Position numbers and translations under genes: made by a program
Assembly: GCF_006345805.1 (NCBI RefSeq)
Contig: NC_043013.1
Span: forward strand, 5,208,001-5,272,000
From: Octopus sinensis
Taxonomy: Eukaryota
DNA: 64,000 nucleotides
Direction of reading: 5' to 3'
Notes under the pieces: model-generated
Seen by the model: only the letters and a program-made list of their open reading frames with translations
Told to the model about the DNA's origin: nothing
Database searches by the model: none
Shown: one piece after another, positions 63,164-64,000 of the stretch
How the letters are laid out: each line of letters opens with the position of its first letter
Position numbering within the stretch: the first letter of the stretch is position 1

Positions 63164-63483
63164 ATATTTTTTAATTCTATATACTAAAATAAAGAAAATT
63201 GCTTATCAGTTCGTTAAAAGTGTATAACTTTTATTAAAAGAGAGCAATTAGTAAAGTTTACACTGCCTAGAAAATACTTAAAACTTCTGACTTTAATATA
63301 TTTTTATCAAAATGTGGTTTTCAAATTTCTTTTATTATTAAATGTTTCATCTGCACTATTCCATTAAAAATATAAAATTAATTTTTATTCACTGATTGCA
63401 TTTTATAACACTGTGAGATAGTATTTATGATAATTCTTCAAATATTATTCTCATTGTTTGTTTCATTAATTATCTTTTTTCAG

Positions 63484-63645
63484 ATTTACCTACCCGAGAA
63501 TTTATACTGCCCTTTGATTTAAACATAGATGTCGAACGTGCTTATGATGTACGTTGCTCTAGCAAATATGCTTGGCTCCCTTACTATGCAATTTTAAGGT
63601 CAAATCTGTCTTTATTACCACCATTCAACACAAGAAATTTCACAG
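63484..63645 (+). CDS. Probable CABIT-domain protein, fourth coding exon (DLPTREFILPFDLNIDVERAY...RNFT); gene probably continues beyond the window
   Basis: TTTTTTCAG acceptor, CAG|GTAAAT donor, 162 nt, phase 1-1. F.LP.DL.I.V motif resembles the CABIT C-terminal strand. Confidence 0.72.
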
Positions 63646-63942
63646 GTAAATTGCTTTCAGATTATGATAAAAAAAATACAATTTCTTTGATTACAAGGAT
63701 TGGTTATTTAATAGTAATCATTTAGCCTCAAGGCTATTCAATATTTAACATAGGCATGGCTAAGTGCAAGCATGGCTTTATGGTTAAGAAGTTCACTTCC
63801 CAACCATATGATTTCAAGTTCAGTTCCACTACATGCCTTTTACTATAGCATTGGGTTGACCTAAACCTTCTGAGTGGATTTGGTAAACTGAAAAGAAAAT
63901 CCCATTATATATATATATGTATATATATATATATTATATATA

Positions 63943-63984
<42 letters not shown>

Positions 63985-64000
63985 CAAATGCCAAATATGC

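Overview
AT-rich eukaryotic genomic DNA, most likely from an octopus (inferred from SINE/LINE sequences I recognise and the dense microsatellites; not database-checked). Two divergent protein-coding genes can be rebuilt from splice sites and reading phase. On the minus strand are exons 1-3 of the ciliary gene CCDC113, with a 17-kb first intron and an RFX X-box next to a forkhead site just upstream of the ATG. On the plus strand are four coding exons of a probable CABIT-domain (THEMIS/GAREM/Serrano-like) protein. The rest is mostly mobile DNA: about 20 copies of a tRNA-headed CORE-type SINE, two other tRNA-derived SINE families, two disabled CR1-group LINEs sharing a 3' tail with the main SINE, RTE remnants, Penelope-like fragments with many hammerhead ribozyme motifs, Helitrons, piggyBac/mariner/pogo MITEs, long (TA)n arrays and many fold-back inverted duplications. 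The most striking observation is two diverged copies of a Tx1/L1-like retroelement that encodes only ORF1 (gag-like, no RT). Both sit at the same nucleotide of the host SINE's tRNA-like head with the same 13-bp target-site duplication, suggesting a sequence-specific, non-autonomous retroelement that parasitises a SINE. Repeat boundaries were read by eye and are approximate (a few bp to a few tens of bp); exon, TSD and ribozyme coordinates were counted individually.
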